This document shows positions 1 to 10,245 of a stretch of DNA of 32,001 nt, piece by piece. The first letter of the stretch is position 1. Each line of letters starts with the position of its first letter. The DNA is from Kofleriaceae bacterium (lineage in GTDB: Bacteria; Myxococcota_A; Polyangia; Haliangiales; Haliangiaceae): positions 1 through 32,001 of the forward strand of contig JAHEAK010000001.1 of NCBI GenBank assembly GCA_024642805.1, in the 5' to 3' direction. The translations under genes were made by a program, and so were the position numbers. Below the pieces are notes generated by a model that worked only from the letters and a program-made list of their open reading frames with translations, was not told the origin of the DNA and searched no databases.

Positions 1-52
1 TCGGTCTGCGCCCCTAGACGCACTCCGTGGCGTCGTGGTAGCAGGAATCGTC

Positions 53-397
53 GTGCCAATCTACGAGTATCAGTGTCAAAGTTGTCACAAGGTTTTCGAG
101 TACATGCAGCGCATGAGCGAAGACCCCAAGACCGAGTGCGAAGAGTGCAAGGGGCGTCTGGATCGGCTCATCTCCAATACCTCCTTCTCCCTAAAGGGCG
201 GCGGTTGGTACAAGGATCTCTACTCGTCGACCAAGAAGGATGCGGGCGCGAGCTCCTCTGGTAGCTCGAGCGCTTCAACAGGCACCAGCACCTCGGCGGA
301 TGTCAAGCCAGCCAGCGATAGCGGCGCCAGCAAGTCGTCCAGCGAGTCAGCCTCGCCCGCACCGGCAAAGGCGGCCAGCACCAAAAGCTCCGACTGA
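53..397 (+). CDS. FmdB-family CxxC...CxxC zinc-ribbon protein with Ser/Ala/Thr-rich low-complexity tail
   Basis: ORF 35..397. PIYEYQCQSC-x17-CEEC matches the FmdB-type zinc ribbon family, which normally begins MPIYEY. The GTG at 53 lies 6 nt after AGGA (43-46), so it is preferred over the GTG at 35. Confidence 0.8.
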   Translation: MPIYEYQCQSCHKVFEYMQRMSEDPKTECEECKGRLDRLISNTSFSLKGGGWYKDLYSSTKKDAGASSSGSSSASTGTSTSADVKPASDSGASKSSSESASPAPAKAASTKSSD

Positions 398-460
398 GTT
401 CGACTGGTTTCCGACTGAGCCCGATTGAGCCCGATTGAGCTCCGACTGAACTCCGACTCG
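390..460. repeat. Tandem array of about 7 copies of core YCGAYTGA at a 10-11 bp period
   Basis: Cores start at 390, 400, 411, 421, 431, 442 and 453 (ccgactgag / tcgactgg / ccgactgag / ccgattgag / ccgattgag / ccgactgaa / ccgactcg). The first copy contains the TGA stop (395-397) of the upstream CDS. Confidence 0.85.
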
Positions 461-513
461 TCCCCCAACAGCTTGCCATCTTCGTCCAACTCTTTTCCAA
501 AGCCGAGACACTC

Positions 514-1362
514 ATGAGCGCACACATCCTCGACGGTAAAGCCCTTGCGGCAAGCCTTCGCAAGCAAGTCGCAGGCGAGTGCCAGGAGTTGCGCGCGGGC
601 GGCATCGAACCTGGGCTGGCGGTGGTTTTGGTCGGCGACGATCCGGCTTCGCAAATCTACGTCAAACACAAGGAGCGAGCCGCGCACGAGTGTGGCGTTA
701 GCGCGCTCGACTATCGACGAGGCGCAGACATTTCCCAAGAGGAACTTCTGCAGCTGGTGCACACCCTCAATGCTGATGCCAAGGTGCATGGCATCCTGGT
801 TCAGTTGCCTCTGCCCGCGCATCTCGACGCCACCCAGATTCTCGACGCCATCGATCCAGCCAAAGACGTCGACGGTTTTCATCCCGACAACATCGGCAGG
901 CTGGCGCAAGGTCGGCCGCGCTTTGTGGCCGCGACGCCAATGGGCTGCATGAGTCTGTTGGCCACCACAGGCCAGTCGCTGGCCGGCAAGCACGCGGTGG
1001 TGGTCGGGCGCTCGAACATCGTCGGCAAGCCCATGGCCCTCTTGCTCACCAACGCCAACGCGACGGTGACCCTATGTCACTCTAGGACCGAAGGCCTGGC
1101 CCAACACATTGCCCGCGCCGACATCGTGGTTGCGGCGGTCGGCAAGGTCGACGCGGTGCTAGCAAGCTGGCTCAAGCCGGGCGCCATCGTCATCGACGTC
1201 GGCATGAATCGCAACGCAGAGGGCAAGCTCTGTGGCGACGTCCAATACGAAGAGATGCTTGAGCACGCCTCCGCCATCACCCCTGTGCCGGGCGGTGTCG
1301 GTCCTATGACCATCGCAAGCTTGATGCAGAACGTCGTCAAAGCGGCGCGCGCGGCCGGCTGA
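514..1362 (+). CDS. folD: Bifunctional methylenetetrahydrofolate dehydrogenase / methenyl-THF cyclohydrolase
   Basis: 282 aa. ILDGKALA...PGLAVVLVGDDPASQIYVKHK...VGRSNIVGKPMALLL...TPVPGGVGPMT is colinear with FolD over its full length. Confidence 0.97.
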   Translation: MSAHILDGKALAASLRKQVAGECQELRAGGIEPGLAVVLVGDDPASQIYVKHKERAAHECGVSALDYRRGADISQEELLQLVHTLNADAKVHGILVQLPLPAHLDATQILDAIDPAKDVDGFHPDNIGRLAQGRPRFVAATPMGCMSLLATTGQSLAGKHAVVVGRSNIVGKPMALLLTNANATVTLCHSRTEGLAQHIARADIVVAAVGKVDAVLASWLKPGAIVIDVGMNRNAEGKLCGDVQYEEMLEHASAITPVPGGVGPMTIASLMQNVVKAARAAG

Positions 1363-1482
1363 GCGCGAGCACCGCACACTGCGTTGCCCGGCACCTTCTC
1401 CACGGCGCTTGTGCTTCGCCTGGGTCGTGAGTCGCTCGGGCGCGTGCTCGACCAAGCGTGTGCGCTGTCAGGCGGAGAGAAG

Positions 1483-2181
1483 CTAGCCGCGATTGGTGAC
1501 GCGACTCGGGCTACTCAAGAGCGTCATGACCGCCTTGCGCAGCGCTTCACCGCTGGGCGGATTGCCGAGGACTTCGCTAGCTCCACAGCGCTGTAGCTCT
1601 GCTTGCCGCTGCGTGCTCTGCGCGAGAGCCACGCACGGGATGTCATGTTGCTCGCGAGCGCGACGTAGGGTGACGATGGCAGCGCCCTCGTCCTCATCGG
1701 CATCGACGACCACCAGGTCGGTGGATTCGCTCAGCAGCGAGAGTGCGCCCGCGTCATCATCCGCGAATACGATATCCGCGGTTCCGATGATGGACTTGAG
1801 GCGGCGCACGAGTGTTTGCCGGTCGCGCGCATCGGCACATTGCACAAGAATGCGAACGCCCGAGTAGGCCAGAACCAGGCCGTCGACGATCGCGCCCAGC
1901 TCATCGTCCAGCGAATCGAAGTGCACGCCGACACCGCGCGGACCGGTTGCGTCGGGCTCCAGGCGCTGCCAGGTGACGACCGCCGTAAGACTCACGACCC
2001 CGCGGTCGGGCAGGGTGATGTCGAGCTCGAGCACGGCGCCTTCGGGAGGCAGCTCATCCTCGCATTGGATGAACATGCCGCCCCGGCTGAGATTGACCGA
2101 GAAGGCCACCAGGAGCGCCGTCGGCGAGCGAAACATGACCTGCAATCGACCAGGTGCTCGCGCGAAATCACGACTTGGCAT
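1483..2181 (-). CDS. PilZ domain protein with C-terminal degenerate receiver-like domain
   Basis: The N-terminus carries RDFAR (RxxxR) and NLSRGG ([D/N]xSxxG) about 22 residues apart, the canonical c-di-GMP-binding PilZ motifs. The C-terminal half has a CheY-like beta/alpha pattern (VRILVQ..., DLVVVDADED, VALAQS) but lacks the DD pair and the conserved Lys. It starts 42 nt downstream of parB on the same strand. Confidence 0.8.
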   Translation of the reverse strand: MPSRDFARAPGRLQVMFRSPTALLVAFSVNLSRGGMFIQCEDELPPEGAVLELDITLPDRGVVSLTAVVTWQRLEPDATGPRGVGVHFDSLDDELGAIVDGLVLAYSGVRILVQCADARDRQTLVRRLKSIIGTADIVFADDDAGALSLLSESTDLVVVDADEDEGAAIVTLRRAREQHDIPCVALAQSTQRQAELQRCGASEVLGNPPSGEALRKAVMTLLSSPSRVTNRG

Positions 2182-2223
2182 TCTTCACCAGTATTCCGTA
2201 AGCGGGCCCAAACACGCAACCGC

Positions 2224-3171
2224 TCAGCGGTGCAGTAGACGGTCCAGCAGACGATCTAGGTCGTCGAGGTCGGCGTATTTGATCTCGATGCGGCCACCCT
2301 TGCCACCTTTGTGCTCACTGAGGCTCACCGAGGCCCCAAGTGACTTGGTCAGGCGGTTTTCGACGTCGCGCACGGAGGCGTTTTTGGGGGCCGGTCCGGC
2401 TTTGGGTGCCGGTGGGCGCAGTCGCTTGCGAATGAGCGCTTCAGTCGCGCGCACCGAGAGGGAGTCGGATGCAACGGCACGGGCGCACACCTCGATCTCT
2501 TCGGCGCTTGGCAGAGCCAGCAGCGCACGTGCGTGACCCATGCCGATGCGGCCTTCCTCTACCATGCTGCGCACGCTGGCAGGCAGCTTGAGCAGGCGCA
2601 GACTGTTGGTGACGGTGCTGCGTTCTTTGCCCACCTTGGCGGCAATTTGCTCCTGGGTTAGCCCAAACTCGTCAGCCAGTCGCTGAAAAGCCATGGCTTC
2701 CTCGATGGCGTTGAGATCGGCTCGCTGGACATTCTCGACGATGGCGCGCTCGAAGGACTCTTGCGAGCTGACGTTCTGCACGACGATGGGAATCTCGAGA
2801 AGCGCTGCTCGCTGTGATGCGCGCCAGCGTCGCTCGCCGGCGATGAGGTAGTAGCCGCCTTCGCTGCGCTCGCGAACGATGAGCGGTTGAATGACACCGT
2901 GCTCGCGAATCGACTGGGCCAGCTCTTCGAGGAGGGCCTCGTCAAAGAGACGTCGTGGTTGCTCGGGGCTGGGATAGATATCCTCGACCTGCGCGATAAA
3001 ATAGCTGCGCTTCTCGCCTGGCGCGGCTGCAACCCCAACATTGCCAGTGCCGGTGCGGGCGACAGCGCTCGGGGCTGCGCCTGCCGCAGGGCGTGCAGCA
3101 GCAGTTGGCGGCAAGAGGGCCCCTAGACCCCTGCCAAGGGCTTTGCGTTTTTCCTTGCTCACTGCACTCAC
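2224..3171 (-). CDS. parB: Chromosome partitioning protein ParB/Spo0J
   Basis: 315 aa. It has KRKALGRGLGALL at the N-terminus, the GERRWRA box, an HTH (LTQEQIAAKVGKERSTVTNSLRLL) and a C-terminal dimerisation region. It overlaps parA by 4 nt. Confidence 0.95.
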   Translation of the reverse strand: MSAVSKEKRKALGRGLGALLPPTAAARPAAGAAPSAVARTGTGNVGVAAAPGEKRSYFIAQVEDIYPSPEQPRRLFDEALLEELAQSIREHGVIQPLIVRERSEGGYYLIAGERRWRASQRAALLEIPIVVQNVSSQESFERAIVENVQRADLNAIEEAMAFQRLADEFGLTQEQIAAKVGKERSTVTNSLRLLKLPASVRSMVEEGRIGMGHARALLALPSAEEIEVCARAVASDSLSVRATEALIRKRLRPPAPKAGPAPKNASVRDVENRLTKSLGASVSLSEHKGGKGGRIEIKYADLDDLDRLLDRLLHR

Positions 3172-3947
3172 GCAGCAGTGCCGTGGCTTGTGCGCTCGAC
3201 GAACTCGTGGGCGAGTTGCATGTAGCTCTTGGAGCCAGCGCAGCGGAAGTCGTAGAGCAAGACCGGCTTGCCGTGAGATGGCGATTCCGAGAGGCGCACG
3301 TTGCGGGGAATCAGCGTTTCATAAACCTTGTTTGGCATGTGGCTCTCGACCTCACCTTTGACCTGACAGGCCAGGTTGGTGCGCGGATCGTACATGCAAA
3401 AGAGAATGCCCTCGAGATCGAGCTTGGCATTGTAGGCCTCGCGGACCTTTTCGATCGTGCTGACCAAGGCGCCGAGACCCTCGAGCGCGAAGTACTCGGC
3501 CTGCATGGGCACCACCACGCCGTCGGCGGCGACCAGGGCATTGAGGGTGAGCATGCCGAGGCTGGGCGGGCAGTCGATGATGATGTAGTCGTAGCTGTCG
3601 GCCACGGTCGCCAGTGCGCGTTTGAGGTAGCTCTCGCGCGACTCGCTGCCGATGAGCTCGATCTCGGCGCCAACCAGATCCATGGTGGCAGGCACGACGA
3701 AGAGGGTCGTGATCTCGGTGGGGCGAACGCAATCGCTCATGGCCACGTCACCGATGAGCGCATCGTAGATGCTCAGCTCGACCCGATCCTTGGAGTAGCC
3801 CACGGAGGAGGAGGCATTGCCCTGGGGGTCGAAATCGACCAGGAGGACTTTGTGGTCGGCGGCCGCGACCGATGCGGCCAGGTTGACAGCGGTGGTCGTT
3901 TTGCCAACGCCGCCTTTCTGATTTGCTACCGCGACAATTCGGGCCAT
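3168..3947 (-). CDS. parA: Chromosome partitioning ATPase ParA/Soj
   Basis: MARIVAVANQKGGVGKTTTAVNLA is a deviant Walker A, and the sequence is colinear with Soj/ParA. The ORF extends to an upstream ATG at 3992 (15 extra aa, GGGGAAG 8 nt upstream), so the start is uncertain. Confidence 0.93.
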   Translation of the reverse strand: MARIVAVANQKGGVGKTTTAVNLAASVAAADHKVLLVDFDPQGNASSSVGYSKDRVELSIYDALIGDVAMSDCVRPTEITTLFVVPATMDLVGAEIELIGSESRESYLKRALATVADSYDYIIIDCPPSLGMLTLNALVAADGVVVPMQAEYFALEGLGALVSTIEKVREAYNAKLDLEGILFCMYDPRTNLACQVKGEVESHMPNKVYETLIPRNVRLSESPSHGKPVLLYDFRCAGSKSYMQLAHEFVERTSHGTAA

Positions 3948-4158
3948 GACCAGCACTTCGTAACACGCCCCTGTGACGAGGCAAAGCTTCATGTGGAAAT
4001 CTTCCCCGCTCTAACGTTTTGGAATTAAATGGCTTTGCTGGCCCGCCGCTCCAGAACATGGCCAAAGCGTCGTAAAAACTTGGCCACTTGCGAGGGGGCG
4101 CCTACAGTGTGCTCAGGTGTAGGACAAAGTGGTCCTGCCGTATGAGGGGAACTTAGTT

Positions 4159-4344
4159 ATGTCTGCATTTCCAAGGGTTTACACGTCTTTTGCTGAATTT
4201 GAGCGCGAGGAGCTGCGCAAGTTCGATTCGCTGCGCACCAGTGTCGATGACCTCGTCGAGGAGCGATTTTCCGAGGAGCTCAACTTTGGCGATTCTCCAG
4301 ACAGCCCGCCTCGCCGACGTGGGCGACCGCGCAAGAACTCCTAG
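4159..4344 (+). CDS. Small (61 aa) acidic protein ending in an AT-hook (RRRGRPRKNS)
   Basis: The ATG at 4159 lies 9 nt after GAGGGG (4144-4149). The protein has an acidic helical-looking body and a C-terminal RGRP core flanked by Arg/Lys. It is divergent from parA. I recognise no family, so coding status rests on the RBS and the motif. Confidence 0.55.
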   Translation: MSAFPRVYTSFAEFEREELRKFDSLRTSVDDLVEERFSEELNFGDSPDSPPRRRGRPRKNS

Positions 4345-4416
4345 CCACGACGGCTAGCCACGACGGCTGGCCACGACGGCGGGCCACGACGGCTGGCCAC
4401 GACGGCTGGCCACGAC
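4342..4416. repeat. 13-bp tandem repeat, 5.8 copies (KRGCCACGACGGC)
   Basis: Units at 4342, 4355, 4368, 4381 and 4394, plus a partial unit at 4407. The first unit contains the TAG stop of the AT-hook ORF. The unit length is not a multiple of 3. Confidence 0.9.
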
Positions 4417-4573
4417 TTCGCTGCAGCTGCTTTTTCTTAGCTTAACGCCGACTCGGGGGATTCGGCCGACATCGGGCCTGGCCATGCGCCGGGCCCGATT
4501 CGTTTGCGCCCCTCGCCATCGCTGCTCACGGGCCGGCGACGCTCCCTTTGTGGGCTCGGGCTCGAGCACACAG

Positions 4574-6502
<1,929 letters not shown>

Positions 6503-6551
6503 GCCCCAACTGTACTACGCCCAACTGCGGGCGCGCGCGTGCCCTGCCAGT

Positions 6552-6947
6552 CTATGGAGCGACGATGCGCAACTCGAAGGGACGCAGGTCACCGCCAACC
6601 GGATCCTCCGCGACATGCTCGCCATCGCGGCTCACGGCCACGTAGTAGCGGATGAGCGTGCCCGAGGCCTGACCGGGAATCTGCCCGACATAGATTTCGC
6701 CCGATCGCCCATCGCTGTCGAGTGGATTCATGGGCAGTGGGATGTAGTGCGCCGGCTCGTTGTCGAGGGCATTGTAGAAGACCTCGATCTTGTCGTCGAC
6801 CAGGGTGCCGACGATCACGCTGCGAACCCGGTAGGGGCCCAGGGTGTCTGTACTCTGCTCGAGTACGCTGGTTCCGTCGATGGTCGGATCCGCGCACCCG
6901 GCAGAAAGCCAGAGAAATGCTGCCAGAGCGGACGCTTTTGCCATCAT
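6552..6947 (-). CDS. Hypothetical lipoprotein
   Basis: MMAKASALAAFLWLSAGC is a signal peptide with a lipobox (LSAGC). It lies 49 nt upstream of, and on the same strand as, the sigma-54 activator. The start could be TTG 6953, ATG 6947 or ATG 6944. Confidence 0.6.
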   Translation of the reverse strand: MMAKASALAAFLWLSAGCADPTIDGTSVLEQSTDTLGPYRVRSVIVGTLVDDKIEVFYNALDNEPAHYIPLPMNPLDSDGRSGEIYVGQIPGQASGTLIRYYVAVSRDGEHVAEDPVGGDLRPFELRIVAP

Positions 6948-7028
6948 CAGCAAATTCTAGCGGCTCGATGGGGAGTGCGCGACTTCTGGGCATTGCATGC
7001 TGGCCTGCCAAGGCGTTACCAATCACTT

Positions 7029-7523
7029 ATGAAAGTAGTCACGATGCTCTGCTGTCTGGTTGCAATGGCTTGCGGCCCACGGTCGAAGGGCGCGCAGGAC
7101 AGCGCCGCGGATCCCAACGCGACATCGAGCGGGACCTCGCCGTCGAAGGTAGCCGCCGTCTTTATCATGAGCCTGGAGTTTCAGGACGCAGGAACCGCGC
7201 CGCCCACCACGCATATTGACCTGGTCGAGACTAACGAGAACGGCGCCAACAAGCGCAACAGCCTCGGCGTCTTCGAGGGCCAGTGCAAAGACGTCACCGT
7301 CGATGTGCGCAAGACAGACCCACAAGTTCTCCTGGCCTTTCATTGCCAGCCCTCGGCCAACCAACGCGGCGTGCTCGTGCACATCATCGCGCGCAATTCC
7401 CGGCTGGTCTTGCTGCGCGCGTGGCTTGGTAGCAGCAAGCCGACCTTCGATGAGTTCGATCAGATTGCCGAGCTGCCTCCCTATCCGACTGGCGTGCCGA
7501 TCAAGACCGAGTACGACAACTAG
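7029..7523 (+). CDS. Hypothetical lipoprotein
   Basis: Internal ATG of ORF 6501..7523. MKVVTMLCCLVAMACG has a signal peptide and lipobox. The upstream part of the ORF is antisense to the neighbouring lipoprotein gene and is not credible. Confidence 0.6.
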   Translation: MKVVTMLCCLVAMACGPRSKGAQDSAADPNATSSGTSPSKVAAVFIMSLEFQDAGTAPPTTHIDLVETNENGANKRNSLGVFEGQCKDVTVDVRKTDPQVLLAFHCQPSANQRGVLVHIIARNSRLVLLRAWLGSSKPTFDEFDQIAELPPYPTGVPIKTEYDN

Positions 7524-7565
7524 GCAGGGCCAGAAGATCGCAGGAGGGTCGCCGAGACGGGGTGC

Positions 7566-8189
7566 TCAGCTCGGCCGAACGACGTGGCCTGGCGCCGGGC
7601 GCAATCGCTCGAGCAAGAAGAAGCTCGTGGCGACGCGCAGTGGTCCAACGGCGTAGTAGGCCTTGCCGAGGTAGAGATCCTTGTTGTCGGGATCCACTTG
7701 CACCAGGTAGTCGCGCAGACCGCGGCTCGGATCGAGGTTCTTGTTGCCACCTTTGCCGTAGTCGAGCAGCACCGAGTGCAGGTAGGCGTTGTCCTTGGCA
7801 GTCGAGTCGACAGGCGCGACCTGATAGTAGCCAAAGCGCTTGGGCGCCTCGTTGGAGGGCTTGGTTTGCCAGGGCAAGCCGAGGTCGTCTTGCACAACCG
7901 GGCAGTTGTAACCGTAGAGAGCATCACCTTCCCAGAAGAAGCCCTTCACGAACTTCTTGATGCCGGCAAGCTTGGCCCAGGCCGGGTGGTTCATGCCGCG
8001 AAACTCCCAGCCGGCTAGCGAGGAGAGCTCAGGCATGGTGCCGCGCAGAAACGCGACTTCGAGCTCACTGCGGCTGCGACGACCTAGCTCGTAGTAACGG
8101 GCACTGCCGACCGAGTACGCGGGATCGATGGCTGGAGAGGACATGCTGGCGGTGGTGTGGGAGTCGGTCTCGATGTTCATGGGGCTCAC
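7566..8189 (-). CDS. Hypothetical protein, last gene of the GntR-GMC operon
   Basis: 207-aa ORF whose ATG overlaps the GMC stop in an ATGA junction. I recognise no motif. Confidence 0.6.
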   Translation of the reverse strand: MSPMNIETDSHTTASMSSPAIDPAYSVGSARYYELGRRSRSELEVAFLRGTMPELSSLAGWEFRGMNHPAWAKLAGIKKFVKGFFWEGDALYGYNCPVVQDDLGLPWQTKPSNEAPKRFGYYQVAPVDSTAKDNAYLHSVLLDYGKGGNKNLDPSRGLRDYLVQVDPDNKDLYLGKAYYAVGPLRVATSFFLLERLRPAPGHVVRPS

Positions 8190-9724
8190 AACAGGTATTG
8201 GCGAGGAGACTGCAAGACATGATGCACGTTGCGTGTGGTCAGTGCCTGGATGGTCTCCATCGGATTGACGCCGACTGGCGTTGGAAAGAGGCTTGCGTCA
8301 GCGACCATAAGCCCTTCCGTGTCGTGAACCAAGCCATACATATCGGTCACTGACCGAGACGCATCGCCACCCATGCATGCCGAACCCATCAGATGCACGG
8401 TGACGACTTCCATCGACGACTTTGGAATCTTGCTGGAGTAGAGCTTGCGAATGTCATCGGGACTGCACAGCTCACCGACGCCCGCAAAGGGCGGAATGAT
8501 GCGCTTTGCGCCGCTCTCGAAAAGCAGCTCGGCAAGCAAACCGGTGCCACGCACCAGGCGATCCGCGTCGAAATCGTTGAGCTGATAAAAGGCCTGAGGA
8601 TGGCCGCCGGGCAGCATCTTGAGATGGCCAACGGCGGTGTCCTCGACCATCAGACCGGCGACCACCATGCGATCGTAAAGGCCCATGAGCTCGCCAAGCT
8701 CTTCGCCGTACATGGGCGCGCTCATGGCGACGACGCTCGGTGGAACGTTGACGGCTGCGAACAAAAAACCTTGATCGTGGAACTCGCGCACCTGATAGGC
8801 CTGATGCACGCCTTCCCATCCGCGCACGGGCTCATCGTAGATGGCGACGACTTTGCTGTTGGGATGCAGGCTGAGGTTCTGACCGAGACGACCAGAGCGC
8901 GAGCGCAAGCCCGAGCGATGCAAGAGCGCTGGCGTGTGCACCGAACCGCACGACGAGACCACCAGCTTGGCGCGCACTTGCAAGGGCGTTGCCTTGCTGC
9001 CGTTGGCGGCCAGCACTTGCCCGCGCACGCCAACCGCTCGCTTGCCTTCGCGAAGGATCGTGTCGACGCGAACATTGGAATAGACGCGCGCTCCAAAGTG
9101 CAGGGCGCGAGGCAGGTAACTCACCAGTGCGCTCTGCTTGGCTCCGGTCGGGCATCCGAAGGCGCAGTTGTTGCTGCCCGCGCAGTGCACCTGGTTGCGG
9201 CGATTGGGAATGACCTTCCACTTCTTGCGGTCGGCACCTTCTTTGAGGAGCTGGTTGTCGCGACCGATGCTCTCCGGATCTTGATAGGCGACGTGAATGC
9301 GCCGCTCGACGCGCTCGAAGTAGGGCTCCATGTCGGCGGCCTCGATGCCGTCGATTGCGGCCTCTCTGGACCAGCGATGTAAGATTTGTTCTGGTGTACG
9401 CCAGCTCATGCCGCCGTTGACGACGGTGGATCCGCCAACCACGCTGCCTTCCTGGTACAGGACGGGTGGCGAGCCGACCGCCATGGTTGCGCCACCTCCG
9501 CGGTACATCTTGCGGATCATGTCGGTGGCATTGGCAGTGAAGTCGCTGGTGCCGTAGTAGTTGCCCTCTTCGAGGACGATGACCTCGTAGCCAGCCTCGG
9601 CGAATTCGGCGGCCGCGGTGGCACCACCGGCTCCCGAACCAACGATCACGACGTCGCAGTCGAGCTCGGTCGGGCCGCTGATATGCGTGCGGTCAAAGAC
9701 GTTCTTGTGACGCTCCTGGCTCAT
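8186..9724 (-). CDS. GMC-family FAD-dependent oxidoreductase
   Basis: DVVIVGSGAGGATAAAEFAEAGYEVIVLEEG is an FAD Rossmann fold. The central CAGSNNCAFGCPTGAKQS block and the C-terminal GMC-type region (GSACMG...VADASLFPT) are also present. 512 aa. Confidence 0.9.
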   Translation of the reverse strand: MSQERHKNVFDRTHISGPTELDCDVVIVGSGAGGATAAAEFAEAGYEVIVLEEGNYYGTSDFTANATDMIRKMYRGGGATMAVGSPPVLYQEGSVVGGSTVVNGGMSWRTPEQILHRWSREAAIDGIEAADMEPYFERVERRIHVAYQDPESIGRDNQLLKEGADRKKWKVIPNRRNQVHCAGSNNCAFGCPTGAKQSALVSYLPRALHFGARVYSNVRVDTILREGKRAVGVRGQVLAANGSKATPLQVRAKLVVSSCGSVHTPALLHRSGLRSRSGRLGQNLSLHPNSKVVAIYDEPVRGWEGVHQAYQVREFHDQGFLFAAVNVPPSVVAMSAPMYGEELGELMGLYDRMVVAGLMVEDTAVGHLKMLPGGHPQAFYQLNDFDADRLVRGTGLLAELLFESGAKRIIPPFAGVGELCSPDDIRKLYSSKIPKSSMEVVTVHLMGSACMGGDASRSVTDMYGLVHDTEGLMVADASLFPTPVGVNPMETIQALTTRNVHHVLQSPRQYLL

Positions 9725-10245
9725 AGCGCGCTCGATCCTTTCGCGACCACGCCCGGTAGCGGGTCTGGTTCGATGATCTCGCGCTCGCGCTTTGCGATCG
9801 CATCAGCATAGGTCGTGAGGCGATAGCGAATGCTCTTTTCGATCCACTGCTGAGGCGTGTAGCCGATGGCAGCCATGATGGCAGGCTGCTCGTAGCAGGC
9901 CAGAGCGATCAGGCTCTTGATGCCCTTGGCAAACTCGTGCTGCGGCATCAGGCTCGAGTGCAACCACGACTCGAAGTAAGCGAGGGCTTGCTCGCTCGAC
10001 AGCTGCGAGGCGCGCTTGCCTGGATGAGCAGGGTAGGCCATGGCGGCGAGCTCGTACCCCGAGATGCCCGCAAGCAAGGCTGCGCGCACGCCGGGCGGCG
10101 ACGCACGCATAGAGAGCTCGACGTGTTCGACGATGTCGTCGACCAGGCCGAGCTCTATAGCTTCAGACGGACATACAACCGGAACCAGACTTTTGAGAAG
10201 CGCCCGTATAGGGCCAGGATGGTTGTAGTCCGCCAGATAGGTCAC
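9721..10245 (-). CDS. Hypothetical protein, possible accessory subunit of the GMC enzyme
   Basis: 174-aa ORF with 4-nt overlaps on both sides (GntR upstream, GMC downstream). It has no signal peptide and no recognisable motif. Confidence 0.6.
   Translation of the reverse strand: MTYLADYNHPGPIRALLKSLVPVVCPSEAIELGLVDDIVEHVELSMRASPPGVRAALLAGISGYELAAMAYPAHPGKRASQLSSEQALAYFESWLHSSLMPQHEFAKGIKSLIALACYEQPAIMAAIGYTPQQWIEKSIRYRLTTYADAIAKREREIIEPDPLPGVVAKGSSAL

Noticed and set aside
1384-1596. 70-aa plus-strand ORF in the folD/PilZ convergent gap
   Set aside because: It overlaps the 3' end of the PilZ gene, has no RBS, and is Arg/Leu/Ala-rich with no motif. It is probably spurious.
6994-7010. Minus-strand TGGCAGGCCAGCATGCA upstream of the lipoprotein/sigma-54 activator operon
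   Set aside because: GG and GC are separated by 11 nt rather than the invariant 10 nt, so it is not a canonical sigma-54 promoter.
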